Shown: positions 49,874 to 59,579 of the stretch, piece by piece | Position numbering within the stretch: position 1 is the first letter of the stretch | How the letters are laid out: the number at the start of each line of letters is the position of its first letter | Source of the DNA: an uncultured Candidatus Rokubacteria bacterium | Lineage (GTDB): Bacteria > Methylomirabilota > Methylomirabilia > Rokubacteriales > CSP1-6 | Direction of reading: 5' to 3' | Length of the DNA stretch: 64,000 nucleotides | Assembly (NCBI GenBank): GCA_963747235.1 | Contig: CAVVEU010000017.1 | Location: 32,001-96,000, forward strand | Notes under the pieces: generated by a model | The model's input: only the letters and a program-made list of their open reading frames with translations | The model's database searches: none | Told to the model about the DNA's origin: nothing | Made by a program: the position numbers and the translations under genes

Positions 49874-50391
49874 TCCCACCCCTCGCGCAGGCGACGCACG
49901 TACTGGTCGGCATGCTCATCCGCCCACAGCTCACGGCCCGAGCCCCGCAGGGCGAGAAGCGGATCCGCTTCGGGCTTGACTCCGCGCTGCGGCGCATACT
50001 CTCGCTCGTACCAGTCGAGCAGCGGGTGGTACTTGGGCGGAATCGCCGCGCGCGCTGGAGTCACCTTGGCCCCTCGCCGGGCCTCGTGGGCGGGGTCGCC
50101 CGGTCGATAGAGCCGGCGGTGATTCGCTCCCGTCTCGACAAGCATCAGATAGCGGCCCGGGTTCGGCGGGCGGTTCGCGACGCAGTGCAGGACGGTGTGG
50201 ACGTACACACCAGGGCGGAGCTCAGGGGTGAGCCCCTCCCGCCGCGCCCGCTCCACAATCTCGGCCACCGTGAAGTCGGCTCGGCCCGGATTCTCCCGAT
50301 GAAGGAGTGCGGCAGCGATCCATACCTCGTCCGCCACCTTCAGTTCATGCCTGACTTTACTGGAGTTTCTTCCCCTTGTTGTCTGATTCAT
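49870..50391 (-). CDS. Putative antitoxin / DNA-binding protein (173 aa) coupled to VapC
   Basis: wHTH-like FTVAEIVERARREG segment; C-tail DPLLALRGSGRELWADEHADQYVRRLREGWE resembles VapB neutralising tails; 4-nt overlap with vapC. Confidence 0.65.
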   Translation of the reverse strand: MNQTTRGRNSSKVRHELKVADEVWIAAALLHRENPGRADFTVAEIVERARREGLTPELRPGVYVHTVLHCVANRPPNPGRYLMLVETGANHRRLYRPGDPAHEARRGAKVTPARAAIPPKYHPLLDWYEREYAPQRGVKPEADPLLALRGSGRELWADEHADQYVRRLREGWE

Positions 50392-50397
50392 TTATTC

Positions 50398-50426
50398 AAT
50401 GTATTTTGGTTTGATACTAAAGTCAA
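50398..50426 (-). promoter_or_regulatory. sigma70 promoter, probably leaderless
   Basis: TTGACT-17 nt-TACATT-6 nt-ATG(50391); AT-rich island, no SD. Confidence 0.7.
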
Positions 50427-50454
50427 GGGTTTCAGTCGATAGTCTTCGAGGTCT

Positions 50455-50483
50455 TTGACAGGACTCGGGCATGCGCCTAGACT
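50455..50483 (+). promoter_or_regulatory. sigma70 promoter for the catabolic operon
   Basis: TTGACA-17 nt-TAGACT, then AAGGAG RBS. Confidence 0.7.
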
Positions 50484-50516
50484 CCCGGCTACTCACGACG
50501 AAGGAGAAGGAGACCC

Positions 50517-51614
50517 ATGCTCTTCACGTGCCCAGCCAATGCCGCCCGGGGCGGCGGGCCGCCGTCCCGCACCGGCGGCCGCCGCCCCTTCTGCGTCGAC
50601 ATCCATTGCCACGTGCACCATCCCGTCGCGGACGAGATGGTCAAGCACCTGGCCTCGCCGGACCGGGAGCCCTCGGCCCGGTTCTCGAACGAGCTCTCGC
50701 GGGCCACCAACCGCAAGCAGATGGAGAACGTCTGGTCCTGTCTCACGTCCGTGGAGCAGCGGCTGCGCGACATGGACAAGATGGGCGTGGACGTCCAGGC
50801 CATCTCGCCGTCGCCCTTCCACTTCCTGTACTGGCTCGAGCCCGAGCTCGCCCGGAAGGTGAGCCGCTCGGTGAACGAGCATCTGGCCGCGATCGTCAAG
50901 GCGCACCCTGATCGCTTCGTCGCGCTCGGGCACGTGCCGCTGCAGGCGCCGGACCTCGCGGCGGAGGAGCTCGCGTACTGCGTCACGCAGCTCGGGTTCC
51001 GGGGGGCCGAGATCGGCACCAACGTGGTCGGCGCGGAAGTCTCGCGGGGGCGGGACCAGTTCTGGAAGAAGGCGCAGGAGCTCGATGTCGTCCTCTTCAT
51101 GCATCCGAACGGTTTCACCCAGGGCGACCGCCTGGCGGATCACTACTTCACCAATGTCATCGGCAACCCGCTCGACACCACCGTCGCCCTGGGCCATCTC
51201 GTCTTCGACGGGGTGCTGGAGCGGTTCCCGAAGCTCAAGCTGGTGGCGGCGCACGGCGGCGGCTATATCGCCCACTACCCGGCGCGGATGGATCACGTGT
51301 GGGGCGCGCGGGCCGATGCGCGCACCGTGCTCGAGAAGACCCCGCGCCGGTCGCTGGCCAAGGTCTACTTCGACACGATCGTCTTCGACCGGATCCAGCT
51401 CGAGCACCTGGTCAAGCTGTGGGGCGCCGATCACGTGCTCGCCGGTACCGACTATCCCTACGACATGGGGATGTACGACCCGCGGGGCTTCGTGGGCGGC
51501 ACGTCGCTCAAGCCGGCGGACAAGGCGAAGATCCTGGGCGGGAACGCGGCCCGGCTGCTCAAGATCAAGGCGCCGGCCGCCTCGAAAGCGGGGCGGACGC
51601 GAGGCCGTCGATAG
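50517..51614 (+). CDS. Amidohydrolase_2 family protein (ACMSD/LigW-like decarboxylase or hydratase)
   Basis: DIHCH, RLRDMDKMGVD, FMHP, AHGGG, GTDYP. Confidence 0.9.
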   Translation: MLFTCPANAARGGGPPSRTGGRRPFCVDIHCHVHHPVADEMVKHLASPDREPSARFSNELSRATNRKQMENVWSCLTSVEQRLRDMDKMGVDVQAISPSPFHFLYWLEPELARKVSRSVNEHLAAIVKAHPDRFVALGHVPLQAPDLAAEELAYCVTQLGFRGAEIGTNVVGAEVSRGRDQFWKKAQELDVVLFMHPNGFTQGDRLADHYFTNVIGNPLDTTVALGHLVFDGVLERFPKLKLVAAHGGGYIAHYPARMDHVWGARADARTVLEKTPRRSLAKVYFDTIVFDRIQLEHLVKLWGADHVLAGTDYPYDMGMYDPRGFVGGTSLKPADKAKILGGNAARLLKIKAPAASKAGRTRGRR

Positions 51615-51658
51615 GAGTATTCTCCGGGCGTCCGAGCCCGGGAGCAGGGGAGGGTCCG

Positions 51659-52198
51659 ATGGCGAGAGTGCTGGGGCTGGGCCACGTGGGGATCTACGTG
51701 CGCGACCTCGACCGGATGGTCGCGTTCTACCAGGACGTCATGGGCATGCGCGTGACCAAGCAGAACCGGCGCGCGGGTGTGGTGTTCCTGAGCGCGGATC
51801 CAGACTCGGTGGACCACGAGATCGCGCTCATGGGCGGCCGGCCCGACCCGGCGGACCCCCACCTGATCAACCAGATCTCGATGCGCGTCGGCAGCCTCGA
51901 CGACCTGCGCGCGATGCGCAAGCGCCTGGTCGCGGAGGGCTACCGCATCGAGGGCGTCGTGAACCACGCCAGCGCGATCGGCTGCTACTTCTTCGACCCC
52001 GAGGGCAATCGCACCGAGGTGTTCTGGGTCACCGGCCGGCCGTGCTGGGTGCCGACCGCCACCCCCATCGATATCGACCAGCCGGACGAGATCGTGCTCG
52101 CCGCGGTCGACCGTGTCTGGAACCAGCTCCGCCACGTCCCGGTGGGCGGGCGGATGACCGAGGAGAGCGCGACCGTCGAGGTGACCCGCGAGCCCTAG
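51659..52198 (+). CDS. VOC family protein (catechol-2,3-dioxygenase-like domain)
   Basis: LGHVGIYVRD, HEIAL, NHASAIGCYFFDPEGNRTEV. Confidence 0.85.
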   Translation: MARVLGLGHVGIYVRDLDRMVAFYQDVMGMRVTKQNRRAGVVFLSADPDSVDHEIALMGGRPDPADPHLINQISMRVGSLDDLRAMRKRLVAEGYRIEGVVNHASAIGCYFFDPEGNRTEVFWVTGRPCWVPTATPIDIDQPDEIVLAAVDRVWNQLRHVPVGGRMTEESATVEVTREP

Positions 52199-52221
52199 CT
52201 CACTCTCAAGAGGAGGCAGCA

Positions 52222-53460
52222 ATGTCGCTGACATTCAGCCGTCGTTCCTTCCTGGCCGGTAGCACCGTTCTTGCCGCAGGGGCCGCAGGGCTGCCCACCC
52301 GGGCGCGCGCGCAGAGCAAGCCGATTCGCATCGGCCTCCTCACCGTGAAGACCGGACCGCTCGCGGCGGGCGGCATCCAGATGGAGCAGGGGACGCTGCG
52401 CTTTCTCAAGGACCGCAACAACATGATGGCCGGCCGAAAGGTCGAGCTCGTGGTCGCCGACACCGGCGGCAATCCGGCCGGCACCAAGACCAAGACCCAG
52501 GAGCTGGTCGAGCGCGAGAACGTGGACATGATCTTCGGCCCCCTGGCCGCCTTCGAGCTGCTCGCCATCACCGACTACACCGCACAGGCCAAGGTCCCGG
52601 TGCTGAGCCTGGCCGCCGCCGAGGACATGACGCAGCGGAGACCCAACCCCTACTTCATCCGCGCCTCGGCCACCTCGTCCCAGAACATGCACGCGCTCGC
52701 CGACTACGCCGCGAAGGAGCTGAAGTACAAGACCGTCATCACGCTCGCCGACGACTTCGCCTTTGGCCACGAGCAGGTGGCCGGCTTCCAGCGCGTGTTC
52801 GAAGACGCGGGCGGCCGGGTGGTGAAGAAGCTCTGGCCGCCGCTGAACACCCCCGACTACACGCCGTATCTCGCGCAGATCAGCGGCGTCGACGCGGTCG
52901 TGCAGGGCTTCGCCGGCTCGAACCCGCTCAAGTTCATGAAGCAGTACCGGGACCAGGGCCTCAAGCTGCCCGTCCTGGGCGGCGGGCCGGCCTGCGACGA
53001 TGCGCTGCTCAAGAGCTACGGCGACGAGGCGGTCGGCCTGATCTCCTGCTCGGCCTACACCGGGGACCTCGACACCCCGAGCAACAAGCGGCTGATCGAG
53101 GGGATGGTGAGGGACTACGGCAACATTCCCGGCCTCTACTCGGCGGGCCTGTACATCAACGGCCAGGTCGCGGAGGCCGCGCTGGAGAAGACGGGCGGCA
53201 AGACCGACGACCGGGAGGCGGTGAACCGGGCGCTCCGTGCGGTGTCGCTCACCGACACCCCGCGCGGGCCGTTCACCTTCGATCATTTCGGCAACGTGGT
53301 GGGCAGCTTCTACATCCGGCGCTGCGAGCGCAAGGGCGGCAAGCTCGTCAACACCACGATCAAGACCTACCCGAAGGTGAGCCAGTTCTGGACCTACGAC
53401 GAGAAGTGGTTCCTGGCCCAGCCGGTCTACTCGCGTGACTATCCGCCCCTGAAGGGCTGA
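52222..53460 (+). CDS. Branched-chain/aromatic-acid ABC substrate-binding protein (Tat signal)
   Basis: SRRSFL, PIRIGLL..TGPLA, AGRKVELVVADT, TPRGPF. Confidence 0.9.
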   Translation: MSLTFSRRSFLAGSTVLAAGAAGLPTRARAQSKPIRIGLLTVKTGPLAAGGIQMEQGTLRFLKDRNNMMAGRKVELVVADTGGNPAGTKTKTQELVERENVDMIFGPLAAFELLAITDYTAQAKVPVLSLAAAEDMTQRRPNPYFIRASATSSQNMHALADYAAKELKYKTVITLADDFAFGHEQVAGFQRVFEDAGGRVVKKLWPPLNTPDYTPYLAQISGVDAVVQGFAGSNPLKFMKQYRDQGLKLPVLGGGPACDDALLKSYGDEAVGLISCSAYTGDLDTPSNKRLIEGMVRDYGNIPGLYSAGLYINGQVAEAALEKTGGKTDDREAVNRALRAVSLTDTPRGPFTFDHFGNVVGSFYIRRCERKGGKLVNTTIKTYPKVSQFWTYDEKWFLAQPVYSRDYPPLKG

Positions 53461-53477
53461 TCGCCGGCCGCTCCGTC

Positions 53478-54338
53478 ATGAGCCTCTGGCTCGTGCTGGC
53501 CGTCAACAGCGTCACGCTCGGCGGCCTGCTCTTCCTGCTGTCCGCCGGCTTCTCGCTGATCTTCGGGCTGATGCGGATCCCGAATCTCACGCACGGCTCC
53601 TTCTTCATGCTGGGCGGCTACTTCGCGGCGAGCCTGATCGAGTGGGGGCTGGGCTTCTGGCCGGCCGCGCTGGTCAGCGGGCTGCTGGTCGCCGCGCTCG
53701 GGGGCGTGGTGGAGCGGCTCATCCTGCGCCGGCTCGCGGGCGCGGAGCTCGCGCAGGTCCTGGTGACCCTGGGGCTCTCCTTCATGATCGCGGACGTGTG
53801 CCTCAAGGTCTGGACCGGCGATCCCGTCCGGATCGACACGCCGCCCGCGCTGCAGGGCGTGACATCGGTCGGCAGCTTCGCGTTCCCCACCTACCGGCTC
53901 GCCATCAGCCTCGTCGCGGTGGCCTTCGCGGTGGCGCTGTGGGCGCTGATGGATCGGACGCGGCTCGGCGCGATGATCCGGGCCGGCGTCGACGATCCGG
54001 ACATGGCGCGCGTCGCGGGCATCCGCGTCTCGCGGCTCTTCACCATCGTCTTCTGCCTGGGCGCGTGGCTGGCCGGGTTCGCCGGGGTCATCGGCGGGCC
54101 GATCCTCTCCGTCTATCCCGGCCTCGACCAGGAGATGCTCCCGCTGGCCCTCGTCGTGGTCATCCTCGGGGGCAGCGGCAGCCTCCTCGGCTCGCTGGTC
54201 GGCAGCTTCATCGTCGGCTTCCTCTACAACTTCGGCCAGGCGATGTTCCCCGAGCTGGCCTACGTGGTGCTGTTCCTCCCCATGCTCATCGTCCTGGTGG
54301 TGCGGCCCCAGGGTCTCTTCGGGCGGCCGGCGGTGTGA
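53478..54338 (+). CDS. livH: LivH-like ABC permease
   Basis: GFSLIFGLM..NLTHG, RTRLGAMIRA, VILGG.GSL. Confidence 0.9.
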   Translation: MSLWLVLAVNSVTLGGLLFLLSAGFSLIFGLMRIPNLTHGSFFMLGGYFAASLIEWGLGFWPAALVSGLLVAALGGVVERLILRRLAGAELAQVLVTLGLSFMIADVCLKVWTGDPVRIDTPPALQGVTSVGSFAFPTYRLAISLVAVAFAVALWALMDRTRLGAMIRAGVDDPDMARVAGIRVSRLFTIVFCLGAWLAGFAGVIGGPILSVYPGLDQEMLPLALVVVILGGSGSLLGSLVGSFIVGFLYNFGQAMFPELAYVVLFLPMLIVLVVRPQGLFGRPAV

Positions 54339-55325
54339 AGCGCCTCGCGCTGGCCGCCGCGCTCGCTGGCCCTGGCCACGCTGCCGCTCTGGGCCGGCGG
54401 CACCTTCTACATCAACATCGGGAGCCAGATCCTCCTCTACGCGGTCTTCGCGCTCGGCATCAACATCCTGGTGGGCTACGCCGGCCTCGTCACGCTGGGC
54501 CACGCCGGGCTCCTCGGCATCGCGGCCTACACCGCGGCCCGCCTCCTGAACGGCGGGCACGGCCACACCGCGGCGGTCACGGCGGCGCTCGTCCTCACGC
54601 TCGCCGCCGCCGCGCTCTTCGCGGCCCTCGCGCTGCGCGGCAGCGGCAGCGGCATCGGCTTCGTCATGATCACCCTGGCGATCGGCCAGATCGTCTGGGG
54701 CGTGGCCTATCGCTGGATCAGCATCACGAACGGGGACAACGGCATCTCGGTGACCGCGCGGCCGAGCCCGCTCGGCCTGTCGCTGGCCGCGCCGGCCCAC
54801 TTCTACTGGGCGACCCTCGTGGTGTTCCTGGCCGCCCTGGGCTCCATCGCGATGCTGGTGGCCTCGCCGTTCGGCGCGAGCCTCCGCGGCACCCGCGACC
54901 AGCCGCGGCGCATGGCCGCGCTCGGCTACCACGTCTGGATGACCCGGTTCCTCGCGTTCCTCCTCTCGGGCCTCTGGAGCGGCGTGGCCGGGCTCCTGTT
55001 CCTCTACTACAACCAGTTCGTGAGCCCGCAGGCGGTCGCGCTCACCGCGTCGGCCGAGGCGCTCCTGATGGTCATCTCGGGCGGGAGCGGGACGCTGCTG
55101 GGCCCGGTGGTCGGGGCCGCGCTGGTCGTCATCATGAAGAACGTCGCGAGCGCGTACATCGAGCGCTGGAACTTCGTGCTCGGCGCCATCTTCGTGGCGA
55201 TCGTGGTCTTCATGCCGGAAGGGCTGGTGCCCGGCGCGGCCCGCCTGTGGCGGCGGGCGACGGCCCGCCCCGCGCCGCGGGCGGTGGCGGCGGTGGCCAC
55301 GCCGGGCGAGGAGCCGAGCCGGTGA
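54335..55325 (+). CDS. livM: LivM-like ABC permease, +1 frameshift near 54367
   Basis: NILVGYAGLVTLGH, FVMITLA, SPFGASLRG; GTGA overlap start. Confidence 0.85.
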
Positions 55326-56071
55326 CCGGGCCATCGACCGCGCTGGCGGTGCAGGGCCTGACGAAGGCCTTCGGCGGCCTGCTCGTCACCGCCTCGGTGG
55401 ATCTCACGGTGGAGGAGGGCGAGCGGCGCCTGATCATCGGGCCGAACGGCGCGGGCAAGACGACGCTCTTCAACCTGGTGACCGGCGAGCTCCGGCCCGA
55501 CGGCGGGACGGTCACGCTCTTCGGCCGGGACATCACCCGGGTCCCGGGCCGGCAGCGGGCGCATCTCGGCATCTCCCGCACCTACCAGATCATCACGCTG
55601 TTCCCGCGCGAGACCCTGCTGCGGAACGTCACGCTCTCGCTCCTCGGGCGCTCGCCGCTCCGCTGGAACCCGGTCGCCCGGCTGGATCGGCAGGTGGCGC
55701 TGATCGGCCGCGCGCGCGAGGCGCTGGCCCGCGTCGGGCTCGAGCATCTCGCGGAGCGCCCGCTCTCCCAGACGTCCTACGGGGAGCGGCGCCGCGTGGA
55801 GATCGCCATGGCCCTGGCCCAGGACCCCCGCGTCCTGCTCCTGGACGAGCCCTTCGCCGGGCTCTCCATCGAGGAGCGGCGCGACGTGCTGCGATTGGTC
55901 AGCGCCATTCCTCGAGACGTCACGATCGTGATGATCGAGCACGACATGGACGTGGCGCTGGACTTCGCCGAGCGGATCACCGTGCTGCACTTCGGCCAGG
56001 TGGTGGTGGAAGGCACGCGCAGCGAGGTGGTGGCGCACCCGCGGACCCGGGAGATCTACCTTGGCGAGTGA
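55322..56071 (+). CDS. livG: LivG-like ABC ATPase
   Basis: IIGPNGAGKTT, SYGERRR, LLDEP, IEHDMD. Confidence 0.9.
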   Translation: MTGPSTALAVQGLTKAFGGLLVTASVDLTVEEGERRLIIGPNGAGKTTLFNLVTGELRPDGGTVTLFGRDITRVPGRQRAHLGISRTYQIITLFPRETLLRNVTLSLLGRSPLRWNPVARLDRQVALIGRAREALARVGLEHLAERPLSQTSYGERRRVEIAMALAQDPRVLLLDEPFAGLSIEERRDVLRLVSAIPRDVTIVMIEHDMDVALDFAERITVLHFGQVVVEGTRSEVVAHPRTREIYLGE

Positions 56072-56780
56072 CGCGCTGGAGCTCCACGACATCGAGGCGT
56101 TCTACGGCGACAGCCACGTGCTGCACGGGATGTCGCTGCGCCTCGGCGAGGGCCGGCTCCTCGGGCTGCTCGGCCGCAACGGCGCCGGCAAGTCGACCTC
56201 GATGAGCGTGACCGTCGGGCTGCTGCCGCCCCGGCACGGCCGCGTCGCGGTCTTCGGCCGGGCCGTGACCGGGCGCGCGCCCGAGGCCATCGCGGCCCAG
56301 GGCGTGGCGCTGGTGCCGCAGGGGCGCCGGATCTTCCGGAGCCTCACCGTGCGCGAGAACCTCGCGGTCGCCGGCCGCCGGCCCCAGGGCGGCGCGGCGA
56401 CGGACTGGACGCTCGACACCGTCTACGGGCTCTTCCCGCGCATCGGGGAGCGCCGCCGGCAGGTCGCGGGCTCGCTCTCCGGCGGCGAGCAGCAGATGCT
56501 CGCCATCGGCCGGGCCCTGATGTCGAACCCGCGCGTGCTCCTGATGGACGAGCCCTCGGAGGGCCTGGCGCCCCAGCTCGTCGCCGAGGTCATGACGACG
56601 ATTCGCCGGCTCAAGGAGCAGGGGCTGTCCATCGTGCTGGTCGAGCAGAACCCCAAGCTGGTGTTCCAGGTCGCCGACGACATCGTCATCCTCAACGGCG
56701 GCCGCGTCGTGGCCGAGGGACTCGCCGCGGAGTTCCGCCACCGGGACGTGGATCTGCGCCAGCATCTCGGGATCTTCTGA
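56061..56780 (+). CDS. livF: LivF-like ABC ATPase
   Basis: LLGRNGAGKST, LSGGEQQM, MDEPSEGLAP, VEQN. Confidence 0.92.
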   Translation: MASDALELHDIEAFYGDSHVLHGMSLRLGEGRLLGLLGRNGAGKSTSMSVTVGLLPPRHGRVAVFGRAVTGRAPEAIAAQGVALVPQGRRIFRSLTVRENLAVAGRRPQGGAATDWTLDTVYGLFPRIGERRRQVAGSLSGGEQQMLAIGRALMSNPRVLLMDEPSEGLAPQLVAEVMTTIRRLKEQGLSIVLVEQNPKLVFQVADDIVILNGGRVVAEGLAAEFRHRDVDLRQHLGIF

Positions 56781-57558
56781 TGGCGAGCTCCGAGCGCCTC
56801 GACGTGGGCGGCATCCCGCTCGACGTCCTGCGGCGCGGAACGGGGCGGCCGCTGCTCGTGCTCCACGGTGAGGCGCCGCTCGATCCGGGCGCGCCGGTGG
56901 TGGATCTGCTCGCGGCCCATGCCGAGGTGATCGCGCCGACGCACCCGGGCTTCGGGCACTCGGCCCGCCCCGACGACTTCGACACGGTCTACGACCTGGT
57001 GCATCTCTACCTCGACCTGCTCGAGCAGCTGCGCGCCCGGACCGGTGACGCTGATGGGGCTCTCGTTCGGCGGCTGGCTGGCCGCCGAGATCGCGGCGGC
57101 GCGCTCGCCTCGCGTGGAGCGCGCTGATCCTCGTCGACGCGATGGGCATCAAGGTCGGCGACCGCGAGACGCCGGACATCCTCGACCTGTTCAACACCGC
57201 GCCCGCCGAGGTGCAGCGCCGGCGCTGGCACGAGCCCGCGAAGTGGGCGCCGGATTTCGACGCCATGTCGAACGAGGCCCTGGTCGCCCACGCGCGCAAC
57301 CGCGAGGCGCTCTGCCTCTACGCGTGGCAGCCCTACCTGTACAACCCGCGGCTCGCCCGGTGGCTGGGCCGGGTCACGGTGCCCACGCTCGTGCTGTGGG
57401 GGGCCAGCGACGGGATCGTGACGCCGGCGTACGGGCGCGCCTACTGCGCGCGCATCCCGGGGGCGCGCTTCGAGCTGATCGAGGCCGCCGGGCATCATCC
57501 GGAGATCGAGCAGCCCGGCGCGTTCGTGGAGCGCGTGCGGGCGTTCCTGTCCTCATGA
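56780..57558 (+). CDS. Alpha/beta hydrolase, two +1 frameshifts (about 57035 and 57120)
   Basis: LLVLHG, HPGFGHS, GLSFGGW nucleophile elbow, PTLVLWGASD, AGHHPEIE. Confidence 0.85.
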
Positions 57559-57571
57559 CCCGGGAGGCGCC

Positions 57572-58742
57572 ATGCAGGCCTGGTACCTGAACGAGAACCC
57601 GTACCCGTTCGTGCCGCCGCACGTGCTGGACGCCGCGGAGTCGGTCCGCGGCAGCCTGCCGAACCGGTACTGCGATCCCAAGATCGCCGCCGACCTCTTC
57701 CAGGAAGCGCTGGACGAGTACCTGCTCTGCGACGACGTCGGGATCAACGTGGTGTCGAACGAGCATCACGCCGGCATCAACTGCCTGTTCGGCGCGAGCC
57801 CGCTCATCCTCGGCATCCTCGCGCGCCAGACCCGGAACGTGCGCATCCTGAGCCTCGGGACGCTGATCACGGTGCGCACGGACCCGGTGCGCGTCGCCGA
57901 GGAGTACGCGACCGCCGACGTGATCTCCCGCGGGCGCCTCGAGATCGGGTTCGTGAAGTCGGGCGGCACCGAGATGGCGTCCGGCAACGCGAACCCGATC
58001 GGCATCGTCGACCGGTTCTGGGAGGCGATCGATCTCATCCTGAAGACCCTGTCGCATCGCGACGGCCCGTTCAGCTGGGAGGGCAAGCACTTCACGCACC
58101 GGCACGTCAACATCTGGCCGGGGCCCTGGCAGCAGCCGCATCCGCCGCTGTGGGCGGCCACGGGCGATCCGACGACGTCGGCCGAGCTCGGGCGGCGGGG
58201 CATCGTCAACGTGATGGTCTTCCGCACCGCCGAGGAGACGGCGCGGGCGTGGGGCGCGTACCGGAAGGCGCGCGCCGACGCCGGCCTGCCCGAGCCCGGC
58301 CCCGATCGCTTCGGCCACACCGCGTTCGTCTACACCGCGGACACCGACGAGGAAGGCGTGCGCGTCGGCAGCAAGCTGCTCTGGTTCCTCAACACCGCGC
58401 TGCGCTCGGCGCCGCAGTACGGAAAGCTCCTGCCCGGGGCCGTCCCGGCCGCGCTCGCGCCCGCGCTCTACACGCACGAAGCCGCGGCCCGGGGTGTCCG
58501 CCGCCGCGCGGCCGGCCGCCGGCCTGATCGGCATCACCGCGGAGCAGGCGATGGCGAAGGGCCTGATGTTCGCGGGCAACCCGGACAGCGTGTACCGGCA
58601 GATCCGGGAGTATCGCGAGCGGGTCGGGCCGTTCGAGCATCTCGTGCTGGCGAGCCGCTCGGGCTTCATGACGCACGGCGAGGCGACGAAGGGGCTGAAG
58701 CTCTTCGCGAAGGACGTGCTGCCGCGGCTCCGGGAGCTGTAG
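57572..58742 (+). CDS. LLM-class flavin-dependent monooxygenase, +1 frameshift near 58480
   Basis: NEHH, PVRVAEEYA..D.ISRGRL, P.QQPHPPLW, AGNPDSV, LFAKDVLPRL. Confidence 0.88.
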
Positions 58743-58745
58743 GCG

Positions 58746-59579
58746 TCAGGGGGCCGTACGGTAGAAGTACCCGGGGAAGCGCCGGACCGCCTCGACGTCC
58801 ACGTCGGCGTAGAGGATGCCCTCGTCCTGCCCCAGGCTCTGGATGAAGCCCTGCGCCGAGTTGGTGCCGCCGGGCTTGGTCCGGAACCACTCGGCGAGCT
58901 CGGCCAGCGAGGCGATGGGCGGCGGCACGCACACCGTGCTGTAGCCGCCGGCGCGGGGGAACCGCTCGACCGGCCGGCCGTCCGCGTCCCGGAGCCGGAG
59001 CGAGCACGCCGCGATGTCCACGCCGATCACCGGCTTGCCGTACTGCATGTGGCGGCCGATCACGGTGGCGGGATAGGCCTCGCCGAGGGCGAACCACCAC
59101 GACGGGTTGAAGATGATGTCGACGCCCTGCTCGACGAGAGACTCGACCCCCTCGGAGAAGAAGGCGAAGTCGGCGCAGATCACGATGCCCAGCCGGCCGA
59201 TGTCGGTCTCGACGACGCGATAGCCCTTGCCGGCCACCACCCCGTTGTCGATCTCGTTCTGGGTGGGGAAGCACTTCGGTTGTCGCGCAAGGATCCGGCC
59301 GTCGGGCCCGATCACCGTCGAGGTGTTGTGCCAGCTGGCCCGGGTGCCCTCGATCAGGCCGGCCACGACGAAGACGCCGAGGCGCCGCGCCGCCGCGCGG
59401 ATCTCGGCCTCGCCGACGCGCGGGTACAGCTCGGGAAAGCAGACGCAGGTGGCGCCGGCCCGGGCCGCCGCCTCGAGCAGGTCGACCGCGTGGGCCACGT
59501 CGCCGCCGTTCCACATGTCGTCGAAGAGGTCGGACTGAGGCCGCGCCTGTACGGCCGCGATGCGTACGGATGGGCTCAT
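58746..59579 (-). CDS. Carbon-nitrogen hydrolase (nitrilase superfamily)
   Basis: RIAAVQ, FPEL (Glu), QPK (Lys), ICADF (Cys) triad; GGAGGA RBS. Confidence 0.88.
   Translation of the reverse strand: MSPSVRIAAVQARPQSDLFDDMWNGGDVAHAVDLLEAAARAGATCVCFPELYPRVGEAEIRAAARRLGVFVVAGLIEGTRASWHNTSTVIGPDGRILARQPKCFPTQNEIDNGVVAGKGYRVVETDIGRLGIVICADFAFFSEGVESLVEQGVDIIFNPSWWFALGEAYPATVIGRHMQYGKPVIGVDIAACSLRLRDADGRPVERFPRAGGYSTVCVPPPIASLAELAEWFRTKPGGTNSAQGFIQSLGQDEGILYADVDVEAVRRFPGYFYRTAP

Noticed and set aside
43128-50430. Prophage or integrative element around the TA-addBA block
   Set aside because: No integrase, transposase, att pair or phage genes detected
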